Shown one piece after another: positions 27,158 to 36,938 of a stretch of DNA of 64,000 nucleotides. Location: the IMG/VR virus record IMGVR_UViG_3300025138_000015; one strand, given 5' to 3'. The notes beneath the pieces are model-generated. The model saw only the letters and a program-made list of their open reading frames with translations. It did no database searches and was not told the DNA's origin. The translations under genes and the position numbers were made by a program. Within the stretch, counting starts at the first letter, position 1. Each line of letters starts with the position of its first letter. The DNA comes from a virus.

Positions 27158-27691
27158 TTAATCCTTTTTTTCTACTTGAACACCAACACCTTTTTCACCG
27201 TTAGGCATAGTGACATCACGATAATATATCACGACCTCACCTAGTTGTTTGATGTATCGTTTTAGTTCTTGCATATCTTCTGCCATGACTTTGTAATCAC
27301 CAACAGTAGATGCAACGAAGACGACTTCTCCGTTATTTAACTCTTTCATTTCATCTAAGAATCTATCTAAGTATGTATAACCCTCAGGCCAATCTGGATT
27401 TTCTCTTTCTGATAAATCACATGCCTTAGGTCTTTTGAGTTGTTCTACACCTTTATCATCAAATCTTTTAGGTTCAAATGATAGTGTTCTCTTACATGGG
27501 TTTACTATTCGTGCCTCTGATACGACATACCATTTTGGTGCAGTCAAATTGACTGGTCTTGGTAAATCAGGTTGCATGATGTCAATCACAACAGGTTTAG
27601 ATACTATCTCTACTTGTTTTGTCCCCAATAGAGAACAACCACTAGTCGTTAGTAGTAGGATTGCCAATACTATATAATTTCTTAGTATCAT
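27158..27691 (-). CDS. Outer-membrane lipoprotein, probable o-spanin
   Basis: Lipobox LLTTSGC; Pro-rich linker; overlaps the upstream TM coiled-coil gene. Confidence 0.7.
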   Translation of the reverse strand: MILRNYIVLAILLLTTSGCSLLGTKQVEIVSKPVVIDIMQPDLPRPVNLTAPKWYVVSEARIVNPCKRTLSFEPKRFDDKGVEQLKRPKACDLSERENPDWPEGYTYLDRFLDEMKELNNGEVVFVASTVGDYKVMAEDMQELKRYIKQLGEVVIYYRDVTMPNGEKGVGVQVEKKD

Positions 27692-28025
27692 CTTCGAGTC
27701 CCTCCATCACTGCCTCTGAGGCATTGTTAAATCTTAGTTCTATCATACCTGGTTTTTTCATTGCAAGTAAGTCTAAATTGTGTCTACTGAATATTGAAAG
27801 ATACTCTGCCTTCTCTTGTTCGATTTGTGCATTTACTCTTGTCATGTTCATCAGTGCCTTACCTTGTTTTTCGTAAGACTCTTTCATCGCCGTCATGGTG
27901 GCTTTCTGTTCTTCTACTGCAGTTTCTAACTTAAAGTTGTTTGCAGTGAGTGTTTGATTTTCTTGGTATAACCAGTAAGATGCTAATCCTAGTACCAGTA
28001 ATATACCTATAAGTGCTTGTTGCAT
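27642..28025 (-). CDS. Probable i-spanin
   Basis: N-terminal TM helix, then coiled coil; KPG.IE..N motif. Confidence 0.7.
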   Translation of the reverse strand: MQQALIGILLVLGLASYWLYQENQTLTANNFKLETAVEEQKATMTAMKESYEKQGKALMNMTRVNAQIEQEKAEYLSIFSRHNLDLLAMKKPGMIELRFNNASEAVMEGLEDDTKKLYSIGNPTTND

Positions 28026-28267
28026 TATTTCTCCTCTATTTTATAGTCTAGTCCTTTTGAAGACCTGACTTCTATCATCTTCTTACTTTCCCAATCACGA
28101 AACTTTAGATGTTTTTCTTTTTGAATGATTACCTTTCTGGCAACATAATGTGATTTGTACATTTGACCAGTGGTTTCAGATTGTCTGTATAGTGTGATTT
28201 CATATTCAGTGTGAAACAAACTTCTGAGAAAATTCATCAGTTTGTCCATGAATGTTTTGTTGTCCAT
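28025..28267 (-). CDS. Hypothetical protein
   Basis: 80-aa ORF with GAGG SD; TAAATA upstream. Confidence 0.65.
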   Translation of the reverse strand: MDNKTFMDKLMNFLRSLFHTEYEITLYRQSETTGQMYKSHYVARKVIIQKEKHLKFRDWESKKMIEVRSSKGLDYKIEEK

Positions 28268-28301
28268 AATATATCCTCGATATACCTTTATTTAGTATGC
28301 G

Positions 28302-28335
28302 AAAAAAGGTGGGTTTCTTTAAAGTCTAAACCCAC
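28302..28335 (-). terminator. Rho-independent terminator
   Basis: GTGGGTTT...AAACCCAC stem followed by CTTTTTT. Confidence 0.7.
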
Positions 28336-28410
28336 ACACCGAAAAATCGACTCGCAATTTCAGTTATATTATTTTAAGTCGTTATAACTGGACGCAATGC
28401 TCAAGAACGA

Positions 28411-28908
28411 CTATTTTCTTAATTTTTTAAGTTCATTGATTGTGTTCTCAGCACTAGTATGAACAATACCAATACCACCATTCTCAACCCAACTATCAAT
28501 GTTCTTTTGTCTATCATCAACTAGAATACTACCTTCAAAGGCATACATTCCTTTCTGACTGCCAGTGAATGTGCAAGTGACCGCAATTGTAGGGTCAACG
28601 AACTCTCTAATCCACTCGTTTTTATCATAAACACATAACTCTCTGTTGACTTCACCAGCCGCAGTTAATATCTCCCACGGTACCTTTGTGTGTCTAACAT
28701 ATGCAAGTAAATCATACATATCTACCATCGGTGGTAGATTTCTGAATAATCTCTTGTTGGTTAACTCTTCTTTTCTTGCATCATAAATCGCATGACCATG
28801 TGCATCTGGTGTAATATTGACTCCTGCCAACTTAGATGCACCAGCCTGGAAATCGGCCAACACACCATCCATATCAAGGAAAATTCTTTTTATCTCAATC
28901 TTTTTCAT
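28411..28908 (-). CDS. HAD-family 5'(3')-deoxyribonucleotidase-like protein
   Basis: IFLDMDGVLADF, ILTA, K, ILVDD, W...GG.GI. Confidence 0.85.
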   Translation of the reverse strand: MKKIEIKRIFLDMDGVLADFQAGASKLAGVNITPDAHGHAIYDARKEELTNKRLFRNLPPMVDMYDLLAYVRHTKVPWEILTAAGEVNRELCVYDKNEWIREFVDPTIAVTCTFTGSQKGMYAFEGSILVDDRQKNIDSWVENGGIGIVHTSAENTINELKKLRK

Positions 28909-28927
28909 ACTTATATTATACCAGAAA

Positions 28928-29254
28928 TCATACCGCTTTGGCAAGCGTTTTCAGTGTTTTTTCTAGTGCATATGCCTCTGATTCATCTATTGTTCCGTTC
29001 TCTAAAACTTGACGGACATGCACCATTTCGTGTGCAAGGGTGATGAATCTTTCGTTGTCATATTTGATGTAAATGTCTAAGTGAACCTTAGAGTCATCTT
29101 TTTTGTGTGGGTATTCTATCAATCCAGACTGCCTGAACTGAGGTGGTAATCGTTTGATGTATAAAACAGACTTAGGTATGTCTGTTATGCCTAACTGTTC
29201 TGCAATATAGACTGCATTAGTTAACATCCAACTGTCTTTACAATAAATCTCCAT
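28928..29254 (-). CDS. Putative zinc metallopeptidase
   Basis: TLAHEMVHVRQ...E.EAY. Confidence 0.75.
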   Translation of the reverse strand: MEIYCKDSWMLTNAVYIAEQLGITDIPKSVLYIKRLPPQFRQSGLIEYPHKKDDSKVHLDIYIKYDNERFITLAHEMVHVRQVLENGTIDESEAYALEKTLKTLAKAV

Positions 29255-29383
29255 CGTCTTCTATCTCATCACTATAAGTATCTCCACAGAACGGACAAAA
29301 CCTTAATTCATTGTCTCCGTCATGTTCGATTTCACATTCACTCATACAGTTATTACAAAACATCATTTCTTTTTCATTTCTCA

Positions 29384-29668
29384 TTATAATAAATCCTCAT
29401 CAAAAGTTGTTCCGTCTATCGCTTTTTGTGTTTTGACCATAATCCTATCGAATGCCTCTGGAAAACCTGTCACTTTTCCATTAACTGTTAAGTATGGTGG
29501 TTTTGCCTCTACAGAGGACTTTTCTACATCTAATCCTACTATGTATGTTCTACATGTTTGATATTCTCTATCAACCATTTTCATAAGATGCTCATATCTT
29601 TGACAAATCAATTTGGTTTCACCGACTTGGTCTACAGTTGCAGGAAGATATAACAAATACTCGTTCAT
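29384..29668 (-). CDS. Hypothetical protein, possibly degenerate glutaredoxin fold
   Basis: PPYLTVNGKVTGF parallels the Grx PQI.IDGE.IGGF segment; no CxxC. Confidence 0.5.
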   Translation of the reverse strand: MNEYLLYLPATVDQVGETKLICQRYEHLMKMVDREYQTCRTYIVGLDVEKSSVEAKPPYLTVNGKVTGFPEAFDRIMVKTQKAIDGTTFDEDLL

Positions 29669-29907
29669 TATTCTACCAATAGTTTTCTATTGTTGTGCCA
29701 TTCTTGTAGGTTATCAAAACCACCTATTGCTTCACCATCAATTCTAATTTGTGGGAAAGTTCTTGCAGTTGGAAATTCTTCGAAGAGTTGTTCTCTTGTA
29801 AAATCCTCATCTAACATTTTGTAGGTGTACTCGTATCCATGTTGTTCACATAGATTTTTTGCCTTTACACAGTAAGGGCATGCTGGTTTACTGAATATTT
29901 CTATCAT
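29668..29907 (-). CDS. Glutaredoxin (NrdC-like)
   Basis: CPYC, RTFPQI, IGGF. Confidence 0.93.
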   Translation of the reverse strand: MIEIFSKPACPYCVKAKNLCEQHGYEYTYKMLDEDFTREQLFEEFPTARTFPQIRIDGEAIGGFDNLQEWHNNRKLLVE

Positions 29908-30070
29908 AATAAGTGTTCACTCCTTGTTTTCTTAGCAGTATATATTGTTCCTGTCTTACGACCATAATATGGGGTTTTTTCTACACCTTTAGTGCCTTCT
30001 GCAAAAAAGATTAATGACACTAGTGACACTAGTGCAACCCATAAAATTCCTATTAATAATATTGCGTCTA

Positions 30071-31168
30071 TCATAATTTAAAGTCCTCGAATGTAGAATC
30101 ATCTACATCTTGTTTTATGCCACCAATGAGATAAGATTCAATCTCAGTCTCTTGTGGAGCATTCTGTAATCCTCTACTATTGAACCAATGTTGTGTCCAT
30201 GGTAAAGGGTTGTTTGTTGAAGAGATATCGTATATGGGATTTAATCCTATTGCACGAAGTCTCTTGTTTGCAATAAATTCTACATAGTTTCCTAGTAGTT
30301 GTGTTGATAGTCCAATCATTGAACCATCTTTGAATAGAAACTCTGCCCATTCTTTTTCTTGTTCTACTGCATCTTCATATAATTTGTATACTTCTGGTTC
30401 ACAATCTTTCATGACCTTGTTCATCAACTTATCGTTTTCTTGTTTCTGATAACACTTCAGTATATGTTGTGATATTGCAAGGTGTTGTGATTCGTCTCTT
30501 GCAATAAGAGAGATAATCTTTGCACTGCCTTCCATCTGTTTTAACTCACCGAATCCGAATGAACACGCAAATGATACAAAGAATCTAATACCTTCTAGTA
30601 TGTTTACTGATATAAGTGCCAGATATAATGCTTTGTACAGGTCATAATCCTCAACTTTGAGTCCTAGTAATCTCCTTCTACCTAGTTGGATAAATTCATC
30701 ATACTTCTCCGTGACCATTTCTGCTCTCTTGACAATTGCAGGTTCATCTAATATGGTATCGAAGACATCACTAGGGTCTGCATAAATGTTCTTAATGATG
30801 TGTGTATATGAACGACTATGAATAGTCTCCATGAAGTCCCATGTAATAATACAAGACTCTAGTTCAGGCAAGGTCACGAATGGTAAGAATGCTATGCTTG
30901 GTGCCCTCCCTTGAACTGAGTCGAGTAAAGTCTGATATCTTAGATTAGAGGTGAATATGTGTTTTTGTGCATCAGATAGATTCTGATAATCACTTCTGTC
31001 TTTCTGTAAAGATACCTCTTCTGGTCTCCAGAAGAAACTAAGTTGTCTTTGTGTTAGTTTATCAAATATAGGATACTTGAACTCGTCAAATCTTTGCGTG
31101 TTCAATTCTTCACCGAAGAACATTTTGTTCTTCTTAAAGTCTACATTGTTTTTGTTAAATACCGTCAT
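30071..31168 (-). CDS. nrdB: Class Ia ribonucleotide reductase beta subunit
   Basis: FFWRPEEV, DSVQGR, ETIHSRSY, EGIRFFVSF, DESQH, APQETEIESY. Confidence 0.97.
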   Translation of the reverse strand: MTVFNKNNVDFKKNKMFFGEELNTQRFDEFKYPIFDKLTQRQLSFFWRPEEVSLQKDRSDYQNLSDAQKHIFTSNLRYQTLLDSVQGRAPSIAFLPFVTLPELESCIITWDFMETIHSRSYTHIIKNIYADPSDVFDTILDEPAIVKRAEMVTEKYDEFIQLGRRRLLGLKVEDYDLYKALYLALISVNILEGIRFFVSFACSFGFGELKQMEGSAKIISLIARDESQHLAISQHILKCYQKQENDKLMNKVMKDCEPEVYKLYEDAVEQEKEWAEFLFKDGSMIGLSTQLLGNYVEFIANKRLRAIGLNPIYDISSTNNPLPWTQHWFNSRGLQNAPQETEIESYLIGGIKQDVDDSTFEDFKL

Positions 31169-32124
31169 TAAATTAAATCCTCTTCCACCTTTCCTGTCAA
31201 ATATGAATAGTTGTTCACATACAAATGTTTGTCTGGTGTGTTATCCCACACTTTAGTACACCAGTTATCAAGACTATGTTCACCTTGTATTGGTTCATCA
31301 GACCATCTGCTCTCTCTTCCATCCCATTCAGTCACCAGATTTCTACTATGTGGGTTAGTACCTGGTTTATTGTATGAATAACCATCTAAACTACACAATT
31401 TACTTCTCATGTTAACAAAATGTAAGAACATGTGATAACTGTAATCACCACAAAAGGTATTTCTCCAATGTGGTATATTAGGTCCTTGATATAGTAAGAC
31501 ATCACCTACTTCAAGTTCTACTGCAATACCGTCATGTATATCTTGTGTGACTTGTTTAATCCAATGTTGCCCTTGTTGGTCATTGTGATTTGAATAATTA
31601 TGTTTGTTATTTAACCATATCTTCCAAGGTGTATTATCATCTGATTTATATTTTAAAGGAAATGTACAACTAATTTCACAAGATGGTCTATCTGTATGTG
31701 ATGACAATGATGCACCTCTGATATATCTTCTACTGAATGAATAGGTCTCTTGTAGTTTTATATCTAAGACAGGATTAAGTGCATTCTTCATCCAACGATG
31801 TAGACCTACTGCAGGTGGAAAATTGTATGCACCATGAGATTTGTTTCTCTGTTCTTTTGGTGTAGAATGTGTTAACTCATCTTCTTTCATGAAGTGTGCA
31901 TTGTATTGTCTTTCATCATTCTCAATGCATTCCCACGAATCATTGACCATGTCTATGATTTCTTTTGGTATGAAATTCTTTAGAACAACATATCTGTTGT
32001 TAACAAAATCTAAAGTTGTCTGACTTGTTTTACCTGTCCATTTGATTTTGTCGGCATCTTGCCTATTCTCTTTTACTGAAACATCAAAGTCGTATAACTT
32101 ATCTTTTTTAGATTGCACATGCAT
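31168..32124 (-). CDS. 2OG-Fe(II) oxygenase between nrdA and nrdB
   Basis: TYSFSR.Y, HTDRPSCEIS, GDVLLYQG...HWR, FLHFV. Confidence 0.82.
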   Translation of the reverse strand: MHVQSKKDKLYDFDVSVKENRQDADKIKWTGKTSQTTLDFVNNRYVVLKNFIPKEIIDMVNDSWECIENDERQYNAHFMKEDELTHSTPKEQRNKSHGAYNFPPAVGLHRWMKNALNPVLDIKLQETYSFSRRYIRGASLSSHTDRPSCEISCTFPLKYKSDDNTPWKIWLNNKHNYSNHNDQQGQHWIKQVTQDIHDGIAVELEVGDVLLYQGPNIPHWRNTFCGDYSYHMFLHFVNMRSKLCSLDGYSYNKPGTNPHSRNLVTEWDGRESRWSDEPIQGEHSLDNWCTKVWDNTPDKHLYVNNYSYLTGKVEEDLI

Positions 32125-34423
32125 CGCAGTCTTCCTCGTCTGTATTTGGGGAAGATATCATTGGTGGGACATAATCATTCATTGCTGAGTTTTCATCTTT
32201 CACCACATCTTCAGTTTTACCATCCATAGTATTCTGATAGTAAGATGTCTTCCATCCGTATTTGTATGTATTTAGTAAGTCCTTTGCCATTACTGATATA
32301 GGAACTTCACCGTTTTCGTAGTTCTCTGGATTGTATGACCAGTTACCACTTATTGCCTGGTCAAAGAACTTCTGCATTACTGCAACTACTTTTATATAAC
32401 CTTCATTTGAAGGCATATCCCATAATAGGGTGTAAAAGTTCTTTAACATTTGGTATTGTGGTACAACTTGTTTCAGTGTACCTTTCTTACTCTTCTTAAC
32501 TGACAAGTGGTCTCTAGGTGGTTCAATACCATTTGTTGCATTCGATACAACACTAGATGATTCACTAGGCATTTGTGCAGTAAGTGTAGAGTGTCTAAGA
32601 CCGTGAACTTTAATTCTTGTTCTTAGTTTTTCCCAATCCAACTTGTATATAGGTTTAACTAAAGTGTCCACATCTTTTTTATAGTGGTCAATAGGCAGTT
32701 TTCCCGCTGCATATTTTGTTGAAGTGAATCCGTCACACTGACCTTTCTCTGATGCAATCTGATTAGATGCACATAGTAAATGATATTGAAATGTTTCTGT
32801 CAATTCATGTACTAATTCTAATGATTCTTCTGAACCATATTCAACCTTATTCTTTGCAAGAAAATGAGCAAGACCAATATAACCAATACCAAGACTTCTT
32901 CTCGCCTTAGTTGATTTCTCGGCTGCCCTTACAGGATACTCTTGGTAATCTATCAGTTCTTCAAGTCCTCTCACTGCTAAATCACACAAGTTGCTCATCT
33001 CATCTAGTTTAATTATGCCAACATTGACCGCACTGAGAATACAAAGTGCAATCTCACCTTTACCATCGATATGTTGAATAGGGTCTGTTGGTAAAGTAAT
33101 TTCTTGACAAAGATTACTCATGTATACTTTGTCAAGAAAACTACTATGTGTATTGCAGTGGTCTATATTCATAATATAGATTCTGCCTGTCTCAGCTCTT
33201 TCTTTTAATAAATCTGTAAATAAGTCTCTTGCACTTACTTTTGTTTTTGGTATAGATGTTGCTCTCTCATATCTTTCATAGAGTTCATCAAACTCTGGTG
33301 TACCAAAGGCCTCATATAAACCAGGTACATTATGAGGAGAGAATAGTGTTATTTCTGAATTAGATAAAAATCTCTTATAGAATATCTCTGACAACTGAAT
33401 AGAGTAATCTAGTTTTCGTACTCTGTTATCTTCTGTTCCCTTATTGTTCTTTAATACTAGAATGTCTTCTATTTCTTGGTGCCAGACTGGGAAATGAACT
33501 GTTGCACTGCCTCCTCGAACACCATTTTGTGTGCAACTTCTAACTGTTGCTTCAAATTTTTTAAGGAAAGGGATAACTCCTGTATGTTGGACTTCACCAC
33601 CTCTAATCTTTGAACCAAGGCCTCTAATTCTTCCTGCGTTAATTCCGATTCCTGCCCTTTGTGCAACATAGCGTCCAATGGCCATATCACTGCTGAATAG
33701 AGAATCGAGCGTGTCGTCTGAGTCGACAAGAACACATGATGCAAATTGTCTAAGTGGTGTTCTAACTCCTGCCATAATCGGCGTTGGGATAGATATTTTA
33801 AATGTTGAGATTGCGTCGTAGTATCTTTTGACATAGTCTAACCTTTTATCATCGTCATAGTTTTGAAATAGAGTCATTGAAATTAACATATACATGAATT
33901 GAGGTGTCTCATAGACTAGATTAACTGACCTATCTTGTACAAGATATTTGTCAACAACCTGTTGCAATCCCGCATATGTAAAATCGAAGTCTCTGTTGTG
34001 TCTGATGTAGGAGTTTACTTTATCAAACTCTTCATCACTGTAATGATTTAGGATTTCTTTGTCGTAAACCCCATAATCAATATTTCTTTCTACTATCTCT
34101 TTAAGTTGTGGATAGATTGTTGAATCTTTCCACTTTGTATTGAATACTTGTTTCTGAATACCGAATAGTAATAGTCTCGCTGCTACAAATTGATAGTTTG
34201 GTGAATCAAGTGAGATTAAATCACTTGCACTTTTTACTAAAATTTGTTGAATATCTTTTGTGGTAATACCGTCATAAAATTGTAGACCACTATTCATTTC
34301 TACTAATGATTCTGATACACCTGCAAGGTCTTTACATGCCTTATGTACCATTCTATGTATTTTATCTAGGTCTATCTCAACTTTCGCACCATCGGACTTA
34401 ACTACTTTTATTTCTGAATTCAC
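32108..34423 (-). CDS. nrdA: Class Ia ribonucleotide reductase alpha subunit with ATP cone
   Basis: ATP cone, PTPIMAG, SCVL, SNLCQEI, MPSESSS, KTSYY, C-terminal CDAC. Confidence 0.97.
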   Translation of the reverse strand: MNSEIKVVKSDGAKVEIDLDKIHRMVHKACKDLAGVSESLVEMNSGLQFYDGITTKDIQQILVKSASDLISLDSPNYQFVAARLLLFGIQKQVFNTKWKDSTIYPQLKEIVERNIDYGVYDKEILNHYSDEEFDKVNSYIRHNRDFDFTYAGLQQVVDKYLVQDRSVNLVYETPQFMYMLISMTLFQNYDDDKRLDYVKRYYDAISTFKISIPTPIMAGVRTPLRQFASCVLVDSDDTLDSLFSSDMAIGRYVAQRAGIGINAGRIRGLGSKIRGGEVQHTGVIPFLKKFEATVRSCTQNGVRGGSATVHFPVWHQEIEDILVLKNNKGTEDNRVRKLDYSIQLSEIFYKRFLSNSEITLFSPHNVPGLYEAFGTPEFDELYERYERATSIPKTKVSARDLFTDLLKERAETGRIYIMNIDHCNTHSSFLDKVYMSNLCQEITLPTDPIQHIDGKGEIALCILSAVNVGIIKLDEMSNLCDLAVRGLEELIDYQEYPVRAAEKSTKARRSLGIGYIGLAHFLAKNKVEYGSEESLELVHELTETFQYHLLCASNQIASEKGQCDGFTSTKYAAGKLPIDHYKKDVDTLVKPIYKLDWEKLRTRIKVHGLRHSTLTAQMPSESSSVVSNATNGIEPPRDHLSVKKSKKGTLKQVVPQYQMLKNFYTLLWDMPSNEGYIKVVAVMQKFFDQAISGNWSYNPENYENGEVPISVMAKDLLNTYKYGWKTSYYQNTMDGKTEDVVKDENSAMNDYVPPMISSPNTDEEDCDACAI

Positions 34424-35463
34424 TTCTTCTTATACTCCTTAAATTTCAATTTCGCTGAGAGACCATTATATGTATTAGAAGTAATTATATCAGCTATATC
34501 TAGTGCTGTCAATCCACTTTGTATCATGTCGTTAATATCTTTTAGTCCGTTTACTCTTCTGTCTGACCAGAGGCATACTGACCAACCTAAATCAATAACT
34601 TCGTCTATCTTTTTTAATATCTCTGTATTTCTTGGTTCATTGTCATAAATGAGTATTGCTTTTTCTTTTATACTATCATCTATCTTCTTGAAATCACTAC
34701 CTGCAACTGCTATAGAGTTGGGTAGGAATAGACTGTCTATCGGTCCCTCAGTGACATAGATAGTCTTTGATTTGTCCACATTATTATAGTTGAAGATGAG
34801 TGGAACATCATCTTGGAATCTCATAGTTAAATAACGAAGTGGTGAATCATTGATTGCACGACCTGTTACCCCTAATAACTCCCCACTCTCACTAACGAAT
34901 GGCAGAATGACTCTTGGGTCATTTCCAAGAACTCTCTCTCTATACTTAGTGTGTAGATGAGATAGAACTTGTGCGTTGTCTACAAACCAGAGTTTCTTAA
35001 TTACTTCATCTGGTATGTTTCTTGCCTGTAAATAGTCTCTACTTACAATTCTATCATATGCACCATGACAAACTGCTTTGAGATTTTCTACAGACATTGA
35101 CTCAACATTTTTATTTAGTAAATCTGGATTGGGAGTAAACTTGAATGCATTCGATGAAGGCATTTTTTGTTGTCGTTTCGGACCTTTTCCACTTTCTTTT
35201 AACCATTCTTTAATATACTCTTTGTGTATCACAGGAAAATTATCTTTCAAAAAGTTCACTGATGAAGTGGACTTGCCACAATTGTGGCATTTGAAGATAA
35301 AACTTTGCTCTAACGCAAAATGATATCCTCGTGCTTTATGTTGATTTTTTGATGAGTCACCACAATACGGACATCGGTGATTCAATGTATTATCGTTCTT
35401 CCATTTGGCCAAGTCAAGATTTGACACGACCATTGAAAGGTATTTCCTTTCTAACCATAGCAT
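34420..35463 (-). CDS. 61: DNA primase gp61
   Basis: CPYCGDS, FKCHNCG, VTEGPIDSLF, DNEPRN, KDINDM. Confidence 0.96.
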   Translation of the reverse strand: MLWLERKYLSMVVSNLDLAKWKNDNTLNHRCPYCGDSSKNQHKARGYHFALEQSFIFKCHNCGKSTSSVNFLKDNFPVIHKEYIKEWLKESGKGPKRQQKMPSSNAFKFTPNPDLLNKNVESMSVENLKAVCHGAYDRIVSRDYLQARNIPDEVIKKLWFVDNAQVLSHLHTKYRERVLGNDPRVILPFVSESGELLGVTGRAINDSPLRYLTMRFQDDVPLIFNYNNVDKSKTIYVTEGPIDSLFLPNSIAVAGSDFKKIDDSIKEKAILIYDNEPRNTEILKKIDEVIDLGWSVCLWSDRRVNGLKDINDMIQSGLTALDIADIITSNTYNGLSAKLKFKEYKKK

Positions 35464-35506
35464 AACTACTATTATACTATGATTAGTCTGGAATTACAAG
35501 TGGTTT

Positions 35507-35719
35507 TTAGCCGTCTATAAGTGTTTGTACTTCGGCGATTTGAGCTGTGTTTGTAGTCACTGAAGCGTCGTATGCAACTTTTTCTGGTGCATCTGCCGCC
35601 ATTGAATCGTAACCACTAGGTTTTGCAGGTGCTCCTGCTCCTTCAAACCATGCTTTTCTACCTGCTAAGTCATCCATTCCTGGAATCGTAGGTGTAGAGT
35701 ATCCTTCTGGTGCTGCCAT
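35507..35719 (-). CDS. Small late protein
   Basis: AGGAG SD; TAAATA at about 35752-35757. Confidence 0.6.
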   Translation of the reverse strand: MAAPEGYSTPTIPGMDDLAGRKAWFEGAGAPAKPSGYDSMAADAPEKVAYDASVTTNTAQIAEVQTLIDG

Positions 35720-35750
35720 GTTGTTCTCCTAAATGTTAAATTTAACAGTT

Positions 35751-36935
35751 TTATTTAGGCTTTTTCATGTTTAGAATCTTATCTTTTGGTACTTGTAAAA
35801 CATATCTATTCTCTACAGTTTTTGGTTTAATTGTACCTGTCTTAGGGTGTGCTATAAGACCAATTGATGTGATTAAGAGTAGAATGGCCAAAGGGTCAAA
35901 CACAAATATAATAGCAAATATAACCCATCGTATTGCGTTATCGAGATAATCTCTGGCAGTTTCCTGACCGTATATGACTTCAGCGACATATTTAATAGGT
36001 CCAACTTCTCTCTCAAAATTTAGTATCTCCTGTTCAAATGGGAATCTTTCTTCCTTGTATACACTTATTGTATCATATAAGTCATCTATCTGCAACTGGT
36101 ATTCTGTGGTTCTATTGATAATATCATCTGCATCTCCTGTAGATGATATCTGAAGTCTCTTAATCTCATCATTGGCATTGTCTATAGTTGTTTGTGCTTG
36201 TGTTCTATACTTGTCTATGTTTGATTGTTGTTGTGATATATCAGTTCTTATTTGTTGTCTTTGTTCTGATTGTTGTTCAAACAATGTATTTGCCTGTACA
36301 ACATAGTCGATTGTCTGCTTCTCATCACCTTGGAAGAGACCTCCTTCATCGGTGGTGATAACCTCAACACCTTTGTTTCTTAATTCATTGACTGCAGTAT
36401 CTAAGGAAGTCATCTGAGTTCTAAGACTTTCTATCTGAACTTGTGCATAGTCTATATCTCCTTGAACTCTTTCCCATGCACCATCTCTGATGACCTCTTG
36501 TTGTCGAATTGATTCTGACACATCTATCTTGGAAGTTCCAAGGGAATTCATTCTTTCCTCTAAAAGGGAAATCGAGTTGCCGGTTCGGAGTATTTTACCA
36601 TCTATTTTCTGAAGTTCTGATTGTGCAACTGATGTTTTATATGATGTATCTGAACTTGCCTTTGCAAGGTAACCAAATATACCAAGTGATGTGATTAACA
36701 TCAATATGAATACTGAGAATGTGAGATAGTATTTCATGTAGTTTAGTCTATCCCAATATAGATGTAGATAGGCAGCCGTCACAATCTTACCAAATTCCAA
36801 AGCACCTGCCATAACAACAACACCTAAGAAAGCACCTGCAAATATAGTAGCAAGACCAATCACGGAGAAATACGCAGCTATGCCTGCGATTGACATAGAG
36901 GTAAATAGGGCGAGGTAATTCAAAAATTTATTCAT
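35751..36935 (-). CDS. Membrane protein with long periplasmic coiled coil
   Basis: N-terminal TMs, LE.GK, GIFGYL, EVGPIKY, FVFDPLA. Confidence 0.75.
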   Translation of the reverse strand: MNKFLNYLALFTSMSIAGIAAYFSVIGLATIFAGAFLGVVVMAGALEFGKIVTAAYLHLYWDRLNYMKYYLTFSVFILMLITSLGIFGYLAKASSDTSYKTSVAQSELQKIDGKILRTGNSISLLEERMNSLGTSKIDVSESIRQQEVIRDGAWERVQGDIDYAQVQIESLRTQMTSLDTAVNELRNKGVEVITTDEGGLFQGDEKQTIDYVVQANTLFEQQSEQRQQIRTDISQQQSNIDKYRTQAQTTIDNANDEIKRLQISSTGDADDIINRTTEYQLQIDDLYDTISVYKEERFPFEQEILNFEREVGPIKYVAEVIYGQETARDYLDNAIRWVIFAIIFVFDPLAILLLITSIGLIAHPKTGTIKPKTVENRYVLQVPKDKILNMKKPK

Positions 36936-36938
36936 AAT

